Shown here piece by piece: positions 30,083-40,100 of a stretch of DNA of 64,000 bases (positions within the stretch are counted from its first letter, which is position 1; each line of letters begins with the position of its first letter). A program made the translations under genes and the position numbers. The notes under the pieces were generated by a model. It made no database searches. It saw only the letters and a list, made by a program, of their open reading frames with translations, and had not been told where the DNA came from. This stretch comes from Gammaproteobacteria bacterium (lineage in GTDB: Bacteria; Pseudomonadota; Gammaproteobacteria; JABABF01). The stretch is taken from contig OZ250153.1 in assembly GCA_965237805.1 (NCBI GenBank), positions 1 through 64,000 on the forward strand, written 5' to 3'.

Positions 30083-30167
30083 CGGAGGGGGAGAGATTCG
30101 AACTCTCGGAGCCCGCAGGCTCGGCGGTTTTCAAGACCGCTGCATTCGACCACTATGCTACCCCTCC
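30083..30167 (-). tRNA. tRNA-Ser(UGA) with long variable arm
   Basis: Reverse complement GGAGGGGTAGCATAGTGG...GCGGT-CTTGAAA-ACCGC...GTTCGAATC...CCCCTCCG. Confidence 0.94.
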
Positions 30168-30215
30168 TCTAGCCGCACGGTGACAGTAGTCACCGTGCGG
30201 CCATCGTTCAATCGT

Positions 30216-32501
30216 TTATGCGTTGCGTGGGTCGTTGGCGGCGCGGACAGGCGGTTTAGCGGGACTCGGTACCGGTGGCGGCTCAGCTGGTGGAACCGAT
30301 GGCGGTGGTGCTGTGATACTTGGAGTGGGAGCGGTATCGACGGGGCGAGGGGGCTCGACCGTTGCTGCGACGGGTGGCACCGCCTCTGCTGTGGCAATTT
30401 GTGGCGGAAAACGGCTGGTCGAGGGCATCTTCAAGCTGTCACCCACACCCTCGCTCTGTGCCGTTGCGGGCAGCTGCTGTGGCGTGTCCGTCTGCTCGGC
30501 CAATGTGCTTGGTGGCGGCACCGCGTACGTGGAGGCCGGTGCGTCGACGCTGCGGTGTGCCGCTGGCCTGTTGCGCTGGGATCCCTCTGCTCGTTGCCCT
30601 TGCTGCCGCTGTGTGTTCCCATTCCGCTCGCGCGTCGGTTGGCGTCGCGGATTGCGATTGCCTCGCCGTCCGCCGCCACGTTGCTGCCTGCTACCAGATC
30701 GGGCAGCTTGTGCGTTGTGGTGGCGTTGCGGCATCGCGCTGCTTTCCTCTTCGGCTTCTCCAGTGGTAGACAGGGCGGTACTGCTGTCTGAGCGCAACCA
30801 CCGCCGCAGTCCGGTGACCGGTTGGCGCCACCAAGTGGATCGCGCTGCTGCCATGGGAGCCCATGCCTGTTCGGAGGACACGGTGGCGACGAGTGGCGCT
30901 TGGGTGATGGTGTTGCGCCGTTGTTCGAACTGGTCTTGTAGGCGGTTTTCGCTGTCCGGTTGCTTCATGGCATCTTCATGCGTTGGCACTTCGTCGCGCT
31001 CGCCGTAAAAGCGGTGGTGGGGGCGGGTACTGTTGGGGTCTGGGAACAGTTGAATGTTTAAATTGAATTCCTGCTCAAGTTGGCTCAGTTTGCCCCGATA
31101 GTCATTGTGGACAATGGCCGCAGTGTCGATCGGTACCAAGATATGTACCTCTTGTGCCTGTGGCCGCGATGCCGCCTCCTCTTCGAGCAGACGCAGCAAG
31201 TCCAAGGCCTGCTGTCTGGGGGGACGCACTGAGCCATTGCCATCACAGCGTGGGCAGAGGATGTCGCGTTGCTCGCGCAGCGATGGGCGCAGGCGTTTGC
31301 GCGTCATCTCCAGCAGCCCGAAGCGTGAGATACGTCCGCAATGGATGCGGGTGCGGTCATCGGCGAGCGCTGTTTCCAAAGCTTGCTCTACCGCTTGGCG
31401 GTTTTGATCAGAGCCCATGTCGATGAAATCGATCACCACCAAACCGCCGATGTCGCGCAGGCGAAATTGGCGGGTGATTTCAGCCACCGCCTCCAAATTG
31501 GCGGTCAATGCGACTTCTTCGATGCCCTTGCCCTTGGTACTAGAGGAATTGACATCGATCACCGTCATCGCCTCCGTGCGCTCTAGTATGATGTCGCCGC
31601 CAGCTGGTAGCGGCACTTGACGCTGATAGGCGGAGGCGATCTGTCGCTCGACGTGGTAGCGGTTAAACAACGGTCGCGTATCGTCGTAGACCTGCAGCTT
31701 CGCTGTGTACTCCGGAGCGACGATGTTCACATAGCGCACCGCTTGCTTCATCGCCTCTTCGGTATCGATCAAGACTTGGTCGGTGTCCTCTGTCAGCCAG
31801 TCGCGCAACACCCGCACCAACACATCGTCCTCGCGCAACAACAGCTGCGGGGCGACGCTGTTGTTGGCCGCCGCGTTGATCTCTTCCCACTGCAACAGCA
31901 GTGCCTGCAGCTCGCCTCGCAGTTGCTCGACATTGCTGTTCTGCACTGAACTGCGCAACACCACCGACATGCCCGCGGGCACATCGAGTTCGTGCAGCAT
32001 CTGCAAGGCATCCTCGCGCCCTTGTGGACTCAGGCGACGCGAGACACCGTGTGCGCGCGGATCGTTGGGCGAGAGCACCAAGTTGCGTCCCGGTAGGCGG
32101 ATGAGAGTGGTCAGAGCCGCACCCTTGCTATCACGCTCCTCTTTGTCGACTTGCACCACCAATTCTTGACCTTCGCGGAGCGAACGCTCGATATCGTTGG
32201 CTTGGCCGTTGTCGCCATCGCTTGAGGCGATGAATTCCGCCGCCAGATGCTTCCGTGGCAAAAAGCCGTCGCGCCCTGCGCCGAAGTCGACGAAAGCGGC
32301 GTTCAGGCTCGGATTGATGTAGTCGACGCGCCCTTTATAGATGTTGTTCTGCTGTTGATGGCCGACGTTGCGTTGCTCTATTTCGAGATCGAAAAGCTCC
32401 GTGCCAAAGATGATAGCAATGCGCATTTCCTCTGGGTGTGTCGCATTGACCAGAATTTTTTGCTTGCCTTTTTTCTGAGCCAAGCGTTGTGTTGTCGACA
32501 T
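30216..32501 (-). CDS. rne: ribonuclease E (shortened C-terminal scaffold)
   Basis: ILVNAT..EE.RIA, S1 domain, IDVNS and IDFIDM catalytic Asp, CPRC Zn-link, terminal RAANDPR. Confidence 0.95.
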   Translation of the reverse strand: MSTTQRLAQKKGKQKILVNATHPEEMRIAIIFGTELFDLEIEQRNVGHQQQNNIYKGRVDYINPSLNAAFVDFGAGRDGFLPRKHLAAEFIASSDGDNGQANDIERSLREGQELVVQVDKEERDSKGAALTTLIRLPGRNLVLSPNDPRAHGVSRRLSPQGREDALQMLHELDVPAGMSVVLRSSVQNSNVEQLRGELQALLLQWEEINAAANNSVAPQLLLREDDVLVRVLRDWLTEDTDQVLIDTEEAMKQAVRYVNIVAPEYTAKLQVYDDTRPLFNRYHVERQIASAYQRQVPLPAGGDIILERTEAMTVIDVNSSSTKGKGIEEVALTANLEAVAEITRQFRLRDIGGLVVIDFIDMGSDQNRQAVEQALETALADDRTRIHCGRISRFGLLEMTRKRLRPSLREQRDILCPRCDGNGSVRPPRQQALDLLRLLEEEAASRPQAQEVHILVPIDTAAIVHNDYRGKLSQLEQEFNLNIQLFPDPNSTRPHHRFYGERDEVPTHEDAMKQPDSENRLQDQFEQRRNTITQAPLVATVSSEQAWAPMAAARSTWWRQPVTGLRRWLRSDSSTALSTTGEAEEESSAMPQRHHNAQAARSGSRQQRGGGRRGNRNPRRQPTRERNGNTQRQQGQRAEGSQRNRPAAHRSVDAPASTYAVPPPSTLAEQTDTPQQLPATAQSEGVGDSLKMPSTSRFPPQIATAEAVPPVAATVEPPRPVDTAPTPSITAPPPSVPPAEPPPVPSPAKPPVRAANDPRNA

Positions 32502-32847
32502 GAGATTCCTCCTGTGATGGGGGGAACGCATGGCCTCTGATCCACTGCTATGGCGATGGCCGGTGTCGGCTTGTCTGCGCGCATCGGCTCCGATTCTGGC
32601 GCTGCGTCTAGGCAGTGCCATCGGGGGGGCTGCGCGTCGCTACTCCATTTTGTGTGCGACGCACGTTGTCGTTGTCTTTCAGGCAATGCTAGGTACAGCG
32701 GATATGCCAGTAAAACTTGAGCAGTGGTATTAGGGCTTGGCAAAGCGTTCTCTATAAGACAGCGCTGCTGCGCTGTGCCGTGGTGATCCAAGCGTAGCCT
32801 TGCCACTGGCCTCCCTAAAAATACCTAGGCAAGCTCGCTATCCGCCC

Positions 32848-32876
32848 ATTATCGCACGACTGGCCGCACGCTGCAA
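32848..32876 (-). promoter_or_regulatory. putative sigma70 promoter of rne
   Basis: Minus strand TTGCAG-17 nt-GATAAT preceded by TGc. Confidence 0.5.
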
Positions 32877-33045
32877 GTGGTGGGGCGCTTTGCCTGTCGT
32901 TGCCCAGTGCCGTCCCAGCATCAAATGGCGGGCGTGAGCACTCCATTTAACGGTCAAAAATCCTTGACTGGCGCACTGGACACAGAGCAGTATGGAGTCG
33001 GTCGGTGCTTGCGCTGACCACAGGCAACACCGGACAAGGAGGTCT

Positions 33046-33393
33046 ATGCCAATGACTGTACTCATCGAGGCCAGCCATGCTGGCGAAAGGCGCAGCGGCA
33101 CCGCCGTGCTGGGATTGGTCTTGGCGCTGGCTATCAGTGCAGTGGCGGCACATGTTGTCAGCACAGCTGCCGACGACGCGTTGCCGCCTTGCGCCAGTGC
33201 CCGCATCGCCATCAACAGCGCCACAGCCAAGGAATTGGCGCAACTCAGCGGGATCGGTTTGCGCAAGGCCGAGGCAATTGTGCGCTATCGCGAGAGTCAT
33301 GGTCCCTTCACTGCGCTGGACGAGCTGCGAGCTGTGCGCGGGATCAGTCAGCGGCTGTTGGATGTCAACCGGAAGCAGCTGCAGCTCGACTGA
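33046..33393 (+). CDS. comEA: ComEA family helix-hairpin-helix DNA-binding protein
   Basis: INSATAKEL, LSGIG.RKAEAIV.YRE.HGPF...DEL..VRGI; AAGGAGG RBS. Confidence 0.88.
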   Translation: MPMTVLIEASHAGERRSGTAVLGLVLALAISAVAAHVVSTAADDALPPCASARIAINSATAKELAQLSGIGLRKAEAIVRYRESHGPFTALDELRAVRGISQRLLDVNRKQLQLD

Positions 33394-33420
33394 GCGTTGG
33401 CGCGAGCGCGGCGGCGGCGC

Positions 33421-34680
33421 TCAGCGGGCGCCGCGGCTACTGAGCACAGTCCAGATCGTCATCAGCACGATCACTACATCCAGCCACGGAGACAGGTGGT
33501 TGATATAGTAGAAGTCATACTCGATTTTGTGTTGCGTGTCGCCACTGTTCGCATCCTCGACATACCCTTGCTTGACCTGTGCCCAGCCGCTGATACCGGG
33601 GCGCACGATATGGCGGTGGCGATAAAAAGGGATGTCCGCTTCGTTGAGGGTGTCTTGTGTCGCCACGGCAGGGCGTGGCCCGATCAGGCTCATATCGCCG
33701 CGCAACACATGCCACAGCTGTGGCAATTCGTCGAGCCGAAATTGGCGTAGCCAGCGCCCGACGCGGGTGATGCGTCGATCGCTGCTGTGGGTGGAGTGGG
33801 TGGCGACTTCATCACCGACCCAGTACATCGTGCGAAATTTGCACAATATGAAGAGGATGCCGTTGCGACCGACCCGCTGTTGGGAAAAAATGGCCGGGCC
33901 GGGCGAGTCGAGTTTGATCATCGTGAAGATCGCGGCCATCAACGGCATCATCACCAGTAACAGCGAGGCGCTGATCACCAGATCCGCTAGGCGTTTGAAA
34001 GGCAGATAGAGTGGCGAAGGCGCGAGGAATCCCATGCGGTTGGCGCTCAAATGGGCGGTGGAGACGCGTCCGCTCAGGGACTCGTGGACTTCGCCGCAGT
34101 CATAGACCGGGATGCCGCGCAGCGACATGATAGTGATCGCCCGACTCCAGTCGGCGGACAGGGGCTGTTGCAGATCTGCGGTGATGCCTTGGGCTCGCGC
34201 TGGCAACCCGCCATCGGGAGCTGCCAGCACCGGCCAGTCTCGGCACGCTGGCAGCTCTCGCAGCGTGTCGGTGGCGGTGCTGGGAACCAGCGCCAAGGTT
34301 ACCGGGTGGCGCAATAGCAACAGCGTATAGAACTGCGACCAAATCAGGCTCAGCCCTAAGCCAGTCAGCAACACCAAGCGGGAGTAATCGACCCGCAACA
34401 ATAAAATAATCAGCAACAAGATGCCGAATAGAGCCGTGACGACATTGATGCCATGCCCCAAGCTGTGGTAGCCAGGCAGCTGCGCATGGCGATTTAGCAG
34501 TGGCGGAGCAGCCATGCAGACGGCGGTGATACCGAGCAGAGCGTTGATCGTTGTCGTTTCCAGATCTGCTGAGAATTGCCCGCGCGCCAGCTGCGAGAGC
34601 AGGGTCAGCGCAGGCACCAGCAGAAAACTGGCATCGAGCCAGAAGAGTCGCTGACTATGTGGGTTGCGGGGTACTGGCAT
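33421..34680 (-). CDS. polyprenyl glycosylphosphotransferase (WcaJ/WbaP-type sugar transferase)
   Basis: KRLADL, F.Q.RVG, KFRTM, LDELPQL, GDMSLIGPRP, PGISGWAQV. Confidence 0.93.
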   Translation of the reverse strand: MPVPRNPHSQRLFWLDASFLLVPALTLLSQLARGQFSADLETTTINALLGITAVCMAAPPLLNRHAQLPGYHSLGHGINVVTALFGILLLIILLLRVDYSRLVLLTGLGLSLIWSQFYTLLLLRHPVTLALVPSTATDTLRELPACRDWPVLAAPDGGLPARAQGITADLQQPLSADWSRAITIMSLRGIPVYDCGEVHESLSGRVSTAHLSANRMGFLAPSPLYLPFKRLADLVISASLLLVMMPLMAAIFTMIKLDSPGPAIFSQQRVGRNGILFILCKFRTMYWVGDEVATHSTHSSDRRITRVGRWLRQFRLDELPQLWHVLRGDMSLIGPRPAVATQDTLNEADIPFYRHRHIVRPGISGWAQVKQGYVEDANSGDTQHKIEYDFYYINHLSPWLDVVIVLMTIWTVLSSRGAR

Positions 34681-34795
34681 AGCCGGTCACCATATTGAGC
34701 TGGTTATAATCATATTTTGATTGGTCGGTCGTCGTGGCGCAAGCATTCATGGCGCGGCTCGGTTGGGGCAGGAGGGGGGGTGGTTGTCCGGGACA

Positions 34796-36883
34796 ATGGC
34801 GAAATCACGCAAACATCGACGTCATAAAGCGTCTGTCACGAGGGGGGGTGCCTCGCTGAGGAGTCCGGTGCCTCGTCCCCCTGCCGCGTCATCGCAATCG
34901 GTTGCCGCCGCCACGACTGGCGCGACCGTTGCGATGCCCGGCTTGGTCTGGCAGGCACCCGTTTGGTACAAATGGCTGTTGGCCGCGCTGGTGGCCGCGC
35001 CGCCGTTACTAGGCGTCTACGGTCATAAATACGGCTATTCGCCCGACTTGCACATGGCCTCGGTGATCCAGGTGGGCGCCATCGCAATGTTGGTGCTATT
35101 TTTCCTGCTGCCCCGGCCGCGTGCCACCCTTAACCTGCTGACGATGCCGCTGTTGTTGCCGCTGTGGTGTTTCCTCGGCTGGAGCGTACTGTCACTACTG
35201 TGGGCGCACAACGACTACGAAGGGAGTATCAAACTACTCGATTGGAGCGGCGCGCTACTCACCGCCTTTCTGATCACCCAAACCTTCAACCAGCCCAAGG
35301 ATGTCGATCGTTGCCTCTATGTATTATTCGCCAGTGGTGCCGTGCTGGTGTCGCTCGGCATGTTGCAGTACTACGCCGGTTTTGATTTGATCGACCAGCA
35401 TTATCCGCCAGCGCTGACTTTCAACAATAAGAATATGGCGGCGCAGTACACCTTGTTGCTCATCCCGATCGGCCTCATGATGATGATGCGCGTCTCCGCG
35501 CCACATTGGAAAATATTTTTTATGAGTGTCAGCTTGGCACAGATCATCTTGCTGTTCTATGGCACCACCCGCAATGCCATCCTCTGCTTTGCGCTGCAGC
35601 TCGCCCTGATGCTATTTTTCATGGGGCGGGAGGCGTTGAAGCGCATAGATGATCGCGAATTCTTGCAGCGTTTGCTAATCTACATCGGTGTCGGTATTGG
35701 TGTTTTGTTGTTGCTGTCTTTACTGAGTAAAGGGAATGGCAGTCTGATTCTATTCACCATAGAACGCTTTGCCACCTTGGGCCAGAATACGGTCAATTTC
35801 ACTGGGGAGTCGCGCTTTCCGATCTGGGGCAACACGCTCGAGATGGTCAAGGATCACCTGCTGTTCGGTGTCGGTGTCGGCAACTGGATGGTCGAGTATC
35901 CGCTCTATTACCGTTCGGCAATGATCGATTGGGAAATGGGTTTGGATATTCAACACATCAACACGCACAACGATTATCTCGAGCTGACAGCGGAGTTGGG
36001 TTTGGTCGGTTTGGGGCTACTACTCTGGGGCGGCATCCTCACCGTGTGGCGCGGCGGCCAGCTGGCTTTCAAACTGGATTATGACTCGCGCATTGTCGTG
36101 ATATTGCTACTGGTCGCCATTGCGGGATTGGCGCTGAACGCGGTGGGAAGTTTCGCCTTTGAGCAACCTGCTCCAGTCGCGCTGTTCATCGTCTATATCG
36201 CCATGATCGAAGTCTATTGGCGGCGCGACCTGGGTGCGGTGCCATTATTGTCGCTACGGAAGTTTGGCTATAGTGGGCAGATGGCGTGTGCCGCTGTGGC
36301 AGCACTGCTATGTGCTGGCCTGACATGGCACCACTACCGTTGGTACCAAACTGAAATTAGCTTCCGCAGAGCCACCATCGCCTCGCGCCAAGGTGATATA
36401 CAGGGCATGTTGATCGAAGGGCTACGTGCCAAAGACATGTTCCCGCAGCGCCGCCGCCTGCGCAATTTTGTTGCCATGGGCTATATGCGCAGAGGCAATT
36501 TTGACCAAGCTATCAACGCTTTTAACGTGGTGTTAGAGGGCTATCCCAATATGTTGCACACCCTGACCAATACCATCACTGCTTATGACCAAGCGGGGCG
36601 CGCCGCGGAGGCGATGCCCCTAGTCGAGCGGTTGGTGTCGGCGCGGGATACCCAAGACAGCTATTATTTGGCTGGCGTTGTCAGTTTCCATGCCGAGCGC
36701 TACGATGACGCACGCGACTATTTGCTGCGCAGCTACGATCCCCCCAAACAAGGTGATAGCAGATTGGGCAAGCGCGAGCGCACCATCGCCGGGCAGGTGT
36801 TGCAACGATTGGGGGTGACCCCACCCAGCAGCAAACAACAGACCCACAATAAAACGCCCCCGCAGCCTGCGCAGCATAGATAG
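34796..36883 (+). CDS. O-antigen ligase-like (Wzy_C) membrane protein with C-terminal TPRs
   Basis: About 12 TM helices, TFNNKN, GVGVGNW, NTHNDYLELTAELG, TPR-like tail. Confidence 0.85.
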   Translation: MAKSRKHRRHKASVTRGGASLRSPVPRPPAASSQSVAAATTGATVAMPGLVWQAPVWYKWLLAALVAAPPLLGVYGHKYGYSPDLHMASVIQVGAIAMLVLFFLLPRPRATLNLLTMPLLLPLWCFLGWSVLSLLWAHNDYEGSIKLLDWSGALLTAFLITQTFNQPKDVDRCLYVLFASGAVLVSLGMLQYYAGFDLIDQHYPPALTFNNKNMAAQYTLLLIPIGLMMMMRVSAPHWKIFFMSVSLAQIILLFYGTTRNAILCFALQLALMLFFMGREALKRIDDREFLQRLLIYIGVGIGVLLLLSLLSKGNGSLILFTIERFATLGQNTVNFTGESRFPIWGNTLEMVKDHLLFGVGVGNWMVEYPLYYRSAMIDWEMGLDIQHINTHNDYLELTAELGLVGLGLLLWGGILTVWRGGQLAFKLDYDSRIVVILLLVAIAGLALNAVGSFAFEQPAPVALFIVYIAMIEVYWRRDLGAVPLLSLRKFGYSGQMACAAVAALLCAGLTWHHYRWYQTEISFRRATIASRQGDIQGMLIEGLRAKDMFPQRRRLRNFVAMGYMRRGNFDQAINAFNVVLEGYPNMLHTLTNTITAYDQAGRAAEAMPLVERLVSARDTQDSYYLAGVVSFHAERYDDARDYLLRSYDPPKQGDSRLGKRERTIAGQVLQRLGVTPPSSKQQTHNKTPPQPAQHR

Positions 36884-36885
36884 CT

Positions 36886-39099
36886 GTGGCCGCCATCCCG
36901 CGCTTGACTGCACAAAGCGCGTGGGGCTGGGCCTTTATATCGCTGTTTGCCGGGGCACCAGTGCTGGCGCTCTACGGCATCAACCCATGGGGTTTCAGTC
37001 CGTCGGTGGCTTTGCTGTCGGTCTACCAAGTCGGCTTGGCGGCGCTACTGCTGTGGGCTGTAGCGATGCGGCTACGACCCGGAGCGGTGGCACTGGCGTG
37101 GCACCGAGATTCCCTGCTACGCCCCTTGGGGTGGCTCTTCGTTTGGGGTTGCCTATCTGCATTTTGGGCGCACAACCACTACGAGGCAGGCATGAAGCTG
37201 CTGCTGTGGGCGACGGCACTGTTTTGTGCAACTCTGGTTGTGGCGTGGCCAGCGCAGCAGCGGCAGCTGCGGATTTTGATCGCCGCCGTGTTTTTTGTCG
37301 GTCCGGTGCTGGCAGCCTACAGCATCGCGCAACTGGCCTATGGTATCGACTGGCCTGTCTCTGAAAACTCTCTGACGATTGTCTTCGGCAACAACAATCA
37401 AGCCTCAGAATACCTGCTACTGAGCTGGCCTTTGGGCTTGCTACTATTGGCGTGTAGCCGCCCATCGTTTGGCTTCTCGCTGAGCTGGTGGGGTGTGATC
37501 TTCCTCTATTTTAGCTATCTCCTGTTGGCGCGTTCCCTCGCCGCGCAGTTGGCGTTGATCGTCCAGTTGGTTTTTGTGCTGATTTTTTGGGGGCGGCATT
37601 TGCCGTTGCGCTTGGCCAAGGATTGTTCCCCGAGCCAGCGCTGGTGGCTGGCAATCTCTGCCCTCCTGCTGTTGGGTGTTGTTTTGCTGTCAGCACCCGA
37701 GCTGCAGCACATGCTGGTGCGGTTGCCTGAGGGGGTGCTCATTCAGCTGTTGGAGAAGTGGGAGTTCACCCAAGACCCTTGGGTCCTTGCACCCTATCGT
37801 CTATATCATTGGATCAACACGCTACCGATGATCCGCGACCATGCCTTGGTCGGCGTCGGCATCGGCAACTGGACGGTGTTTTATCCGGATTACTACGGGG
37901 CGGTGTGGTTGGATTCCATTGCTGCTGGCGGGAGAGATCGCTTGCAAAATGCCCATAACGACTACTTGGAGATTTTTGCCGAGTTGGGTTTGGTGGGCAT
38001 GGTTTTGGTGCTCTGGGTGGCTCTGCGCATCGTACGCGTCTGGTGGTCACTGCGCCGGGGTGTGCCGGGCTTGCTGATCGTCGGACCGGTTGGTTTTGCC
38101 GTCCTCGCCACCAGCGCGTTTCCGATGGCTGTACCCGGCAGCTTGATGTTGTTGATGTTGTATATCGCGTTGTTGGAGCGCTCGCGGCGACCTGCCGTCG
38201 ACGATGCACGGGTCGAAGGTGGTGGTGGCTCCCGGCAGCTGGTGGCCATCTGTGCCGTCGCGCTCTGTCTGCTTTGCATTTGCGTTTTCAATTACCGCTT
38301 GTACCGTGCTGAGCGGCTACATTTGCGCGCCTTGTCGGCCCACGACTCTAGGATCCGAGACTTCGAACACTCTGCGGTAGCGGTGCAAGCGTTGCAACAG
38401 TGGTTGCCGTGGCGGTTGCGGGAAAGCGTGTTGCTGGTTGCTGGATGGCGCGATACGGAGCGGCACGAACTACTGATATCACACTTGGAGCGCGCCCTTG
38501 TGGCTTATCCATACGACACCCGTTTGCTGCGTGCGCTCAGCTCCTTGCATATGCAGGCGGGGCGACACGAGCGTGCGCTAGACTATCTGTTGCGGGAAGG
38601 TCGCCAATTTCAACATCCCCGCTATATTGAGGAAGCGGGGAAATGGCATCTGCGCGGCTTGGCGCGAGAGTGGATTTCCCCGGTGCGCATTGAGCGCGGG
38701 GAGGCCATCCATCGTGCTGGCCAATCCACGATCTCCCACTTCAGTGACAGCAGCTATTATTCATATCATCCACAGGCTCCGTCCAATTTTCGAGTCTTCG
38801 ATTGGTCCGTCGCCATGGCCACGACTCTGATCGCCTTAGGGCGTCATGAAGCAGCCTTGCAGCAGCTGCGTATTGCCCATCACAGTGTTTGGATGGCCGC
38901 TGAGGAACTGGATTTCGTGGTGAATGCTTCCCGCCACTTTGTAATGTCCGAAGAGCTGCAGACATACTGGCATCAATGGCACCGTGTCGGCGCACTCATC
39001 GATCTGCTCAGTGCGGGTGATGCATCGCCGCAGGATGTGATGGCGACATACGGCTCGAGCAGGTCCACGGCAGCTGTGGACAGTGGGCAGGGGGGCTAA
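36886..39099 (+). CDS. O-antigen ligase-like (Wzy_C) membrane protein, paralog 2
   Basis: VFGNNN, GVGIGNW, NAHNDYLEIFAELG, TPR-like tail. Confidence 0.83.
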   Translation: MAAIPRLTAQSAWGWAFISLFAGAPVLALYGINPWGFSPSVALLSVYQVGLAALLLWAVAMRLRPGAVALAWHRDSLLRPLGWLFVWGCLSAFWAHNHYEAGMKLLLWATALFCATLVVAWPAQQRQLRILIAAVFFVGPVLAAYSIAQLAYGIDWPVSENSLTIVFGNNNQASEYLLLSWPLGLLLLACSRPSFGFSLSWWGVIFLYFSYLLLARSLAAQLALIVQLVFVLIFWGRHLPLRLAKDCSPSQRWWLAISALLLLGVVLLSAPELQHMLVRLPEGVLIQLLEKWEFTQDPWVLAPYRLYHWINTLPMIRDHALVGVGIGNWTVFYPDYYGAVWLDSIAAGGRDRLQNAHNDYLEIFAELGLVGMVLVLWVALRIVRVWWSLRRGVPGLLIVGPVGFAVLATSAFPMAVPGSLMLLMLYIALLERSRRPAVDDARVEGGGGSRQLVAICAVALCLLCICVFNYRLYRAERLHLRALSAHDSRIRDFEHSAVAVQALQQWLPWRLRESVLLVAGWRDTERHELLISHLERALVAYPYDTRLLRALSSLHMQAGRHERALDYLLREGRQFQHPRYIEEAGKWHLRGLAREWISPVRIERGEAIHRAGQSTISHFSDSSYYSYHPQAPSNFRVFDWSVAMATTLIALGRHEAALQQLRIAHHSVWMAAEELDFVVNASRHFVMSEELQTYWHQWHRVGALIDLLSAGDASPQDVMATYGSSRSTAAVDSGQGG

Positions 39100-39106
39100 A
39101 GTGGCG

Positions 39107-40072
39107 ATGCGGTCGATCGACGTATTCAACGGCGATGCCGACGGACTGTGTGCCCTGTTGCAGCTGCGCGGTGTCGAGTCGCGCGACAGCAAGCTGCTCA
39201 GCGGCGTCAAACGCGACATCCAGCTACTGCGCCTAGTCGAGGCTGCGGCGGGTGACCGAGTGACCGTGCTGGACATCAGCATGGACAAGAATCGAGCCGA
39301 TTTGCAGCGCCTGCTCAAGGCCGGTGTCGAAGTGTTCTACGCCGACCATCACCGGGCCGGGGAGATTCCAGATCACCCCCAGCTGAGTGCGCTGATCGAC
39401 ACTAGGCCGCAGACCTGTACCAGCCTGATCGTCAACCGACATTTGGCCGGTGCCTGTGCCGCTTGGGCGGTCGTGGGAGCCTACGGCGACAACATCCGGC
39501 GTCCAGCCGGCGCTCTCGCTGCATCCTTGGGCATTGCGGGCGAGGAGCTCGAGCGCCTTGAGCGCTTGGGCATTTGCCTTAACTACAACGGCTACGGTGC
39601 CACGGTGGACGATCTGCATTACCACCCCGAAGAGTTGTTTCGGCGACTGTCCGCGCACGCTGACCCGCAGGCATTCCTCGCCTCCGCCGACGGCGCGGTC
39701 TACCACCAGTTGGAGGCTGGTTACCGCGACGATATGGCGCGGGTCGAGGCGCTGGAGCCACACCGCCAGAGCGCTGGCGCTGCGGTGTATCTCTTGCCGG
39801 ACGCACCGTGGGCGCGTCGCATCAGCGGCGTCTTTGCCAACGACTTAGCCAACCGCACGCCGCAACGCGCCCACACCTTGCTGAACCAGCTGGCGGGCGG
39901 CGAGTGGTTGGTCAGCGTGCGCGCCCCGCTGGAGCAGCGGCGCGGAGCGGATGAGCTGTGTGCACGTTTCCCGACCGGGGGCGGGCGGGCGGCGGCAGCC
40001 GGTATCAACCGCCTGCCAGCAGAGAGCTTCGAAGAGTTTTTAGCAGCTTTTGAGAGGATGTATGGGGGATGA
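39107..40072 (+). CDS. DHH family phosphoesterase
   Basis: DVFNGDADG, LDIS, DHH, VSVRAP, GGGRAAAAGIN. Confidence 0.88.
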   Translation: MRSIDVFNGDADGLCALLQLRGVESRDSKLLSGVKRDIQLLRLVEAAAGDRVTVLDISMDKNRADLQRLLKAGVEVFYADHHRAGEIPDHPQLSALIDTRPQTCTSLIVNRHLAGACAAWAVVGAYGDNIRRPAGALAASLGIAGEELERLERLGICLNYNGYGATVDDLHYHPEELFRRLSAHADPQAFLASADGAVYHQLEAGYRDDMARVEALEPHRQSAGAAVYLLPDAPWARRISGVFANDLANRTPQRAHTLLNQLAGGEWLVSVRAPLEQRRGADELCARFPTGGGRAAAAGINRLPAESFEEFLAAFERMYGG

Positions 40073-40100
40073 TGATCTATTGGAGCATGAAATCGATAGG

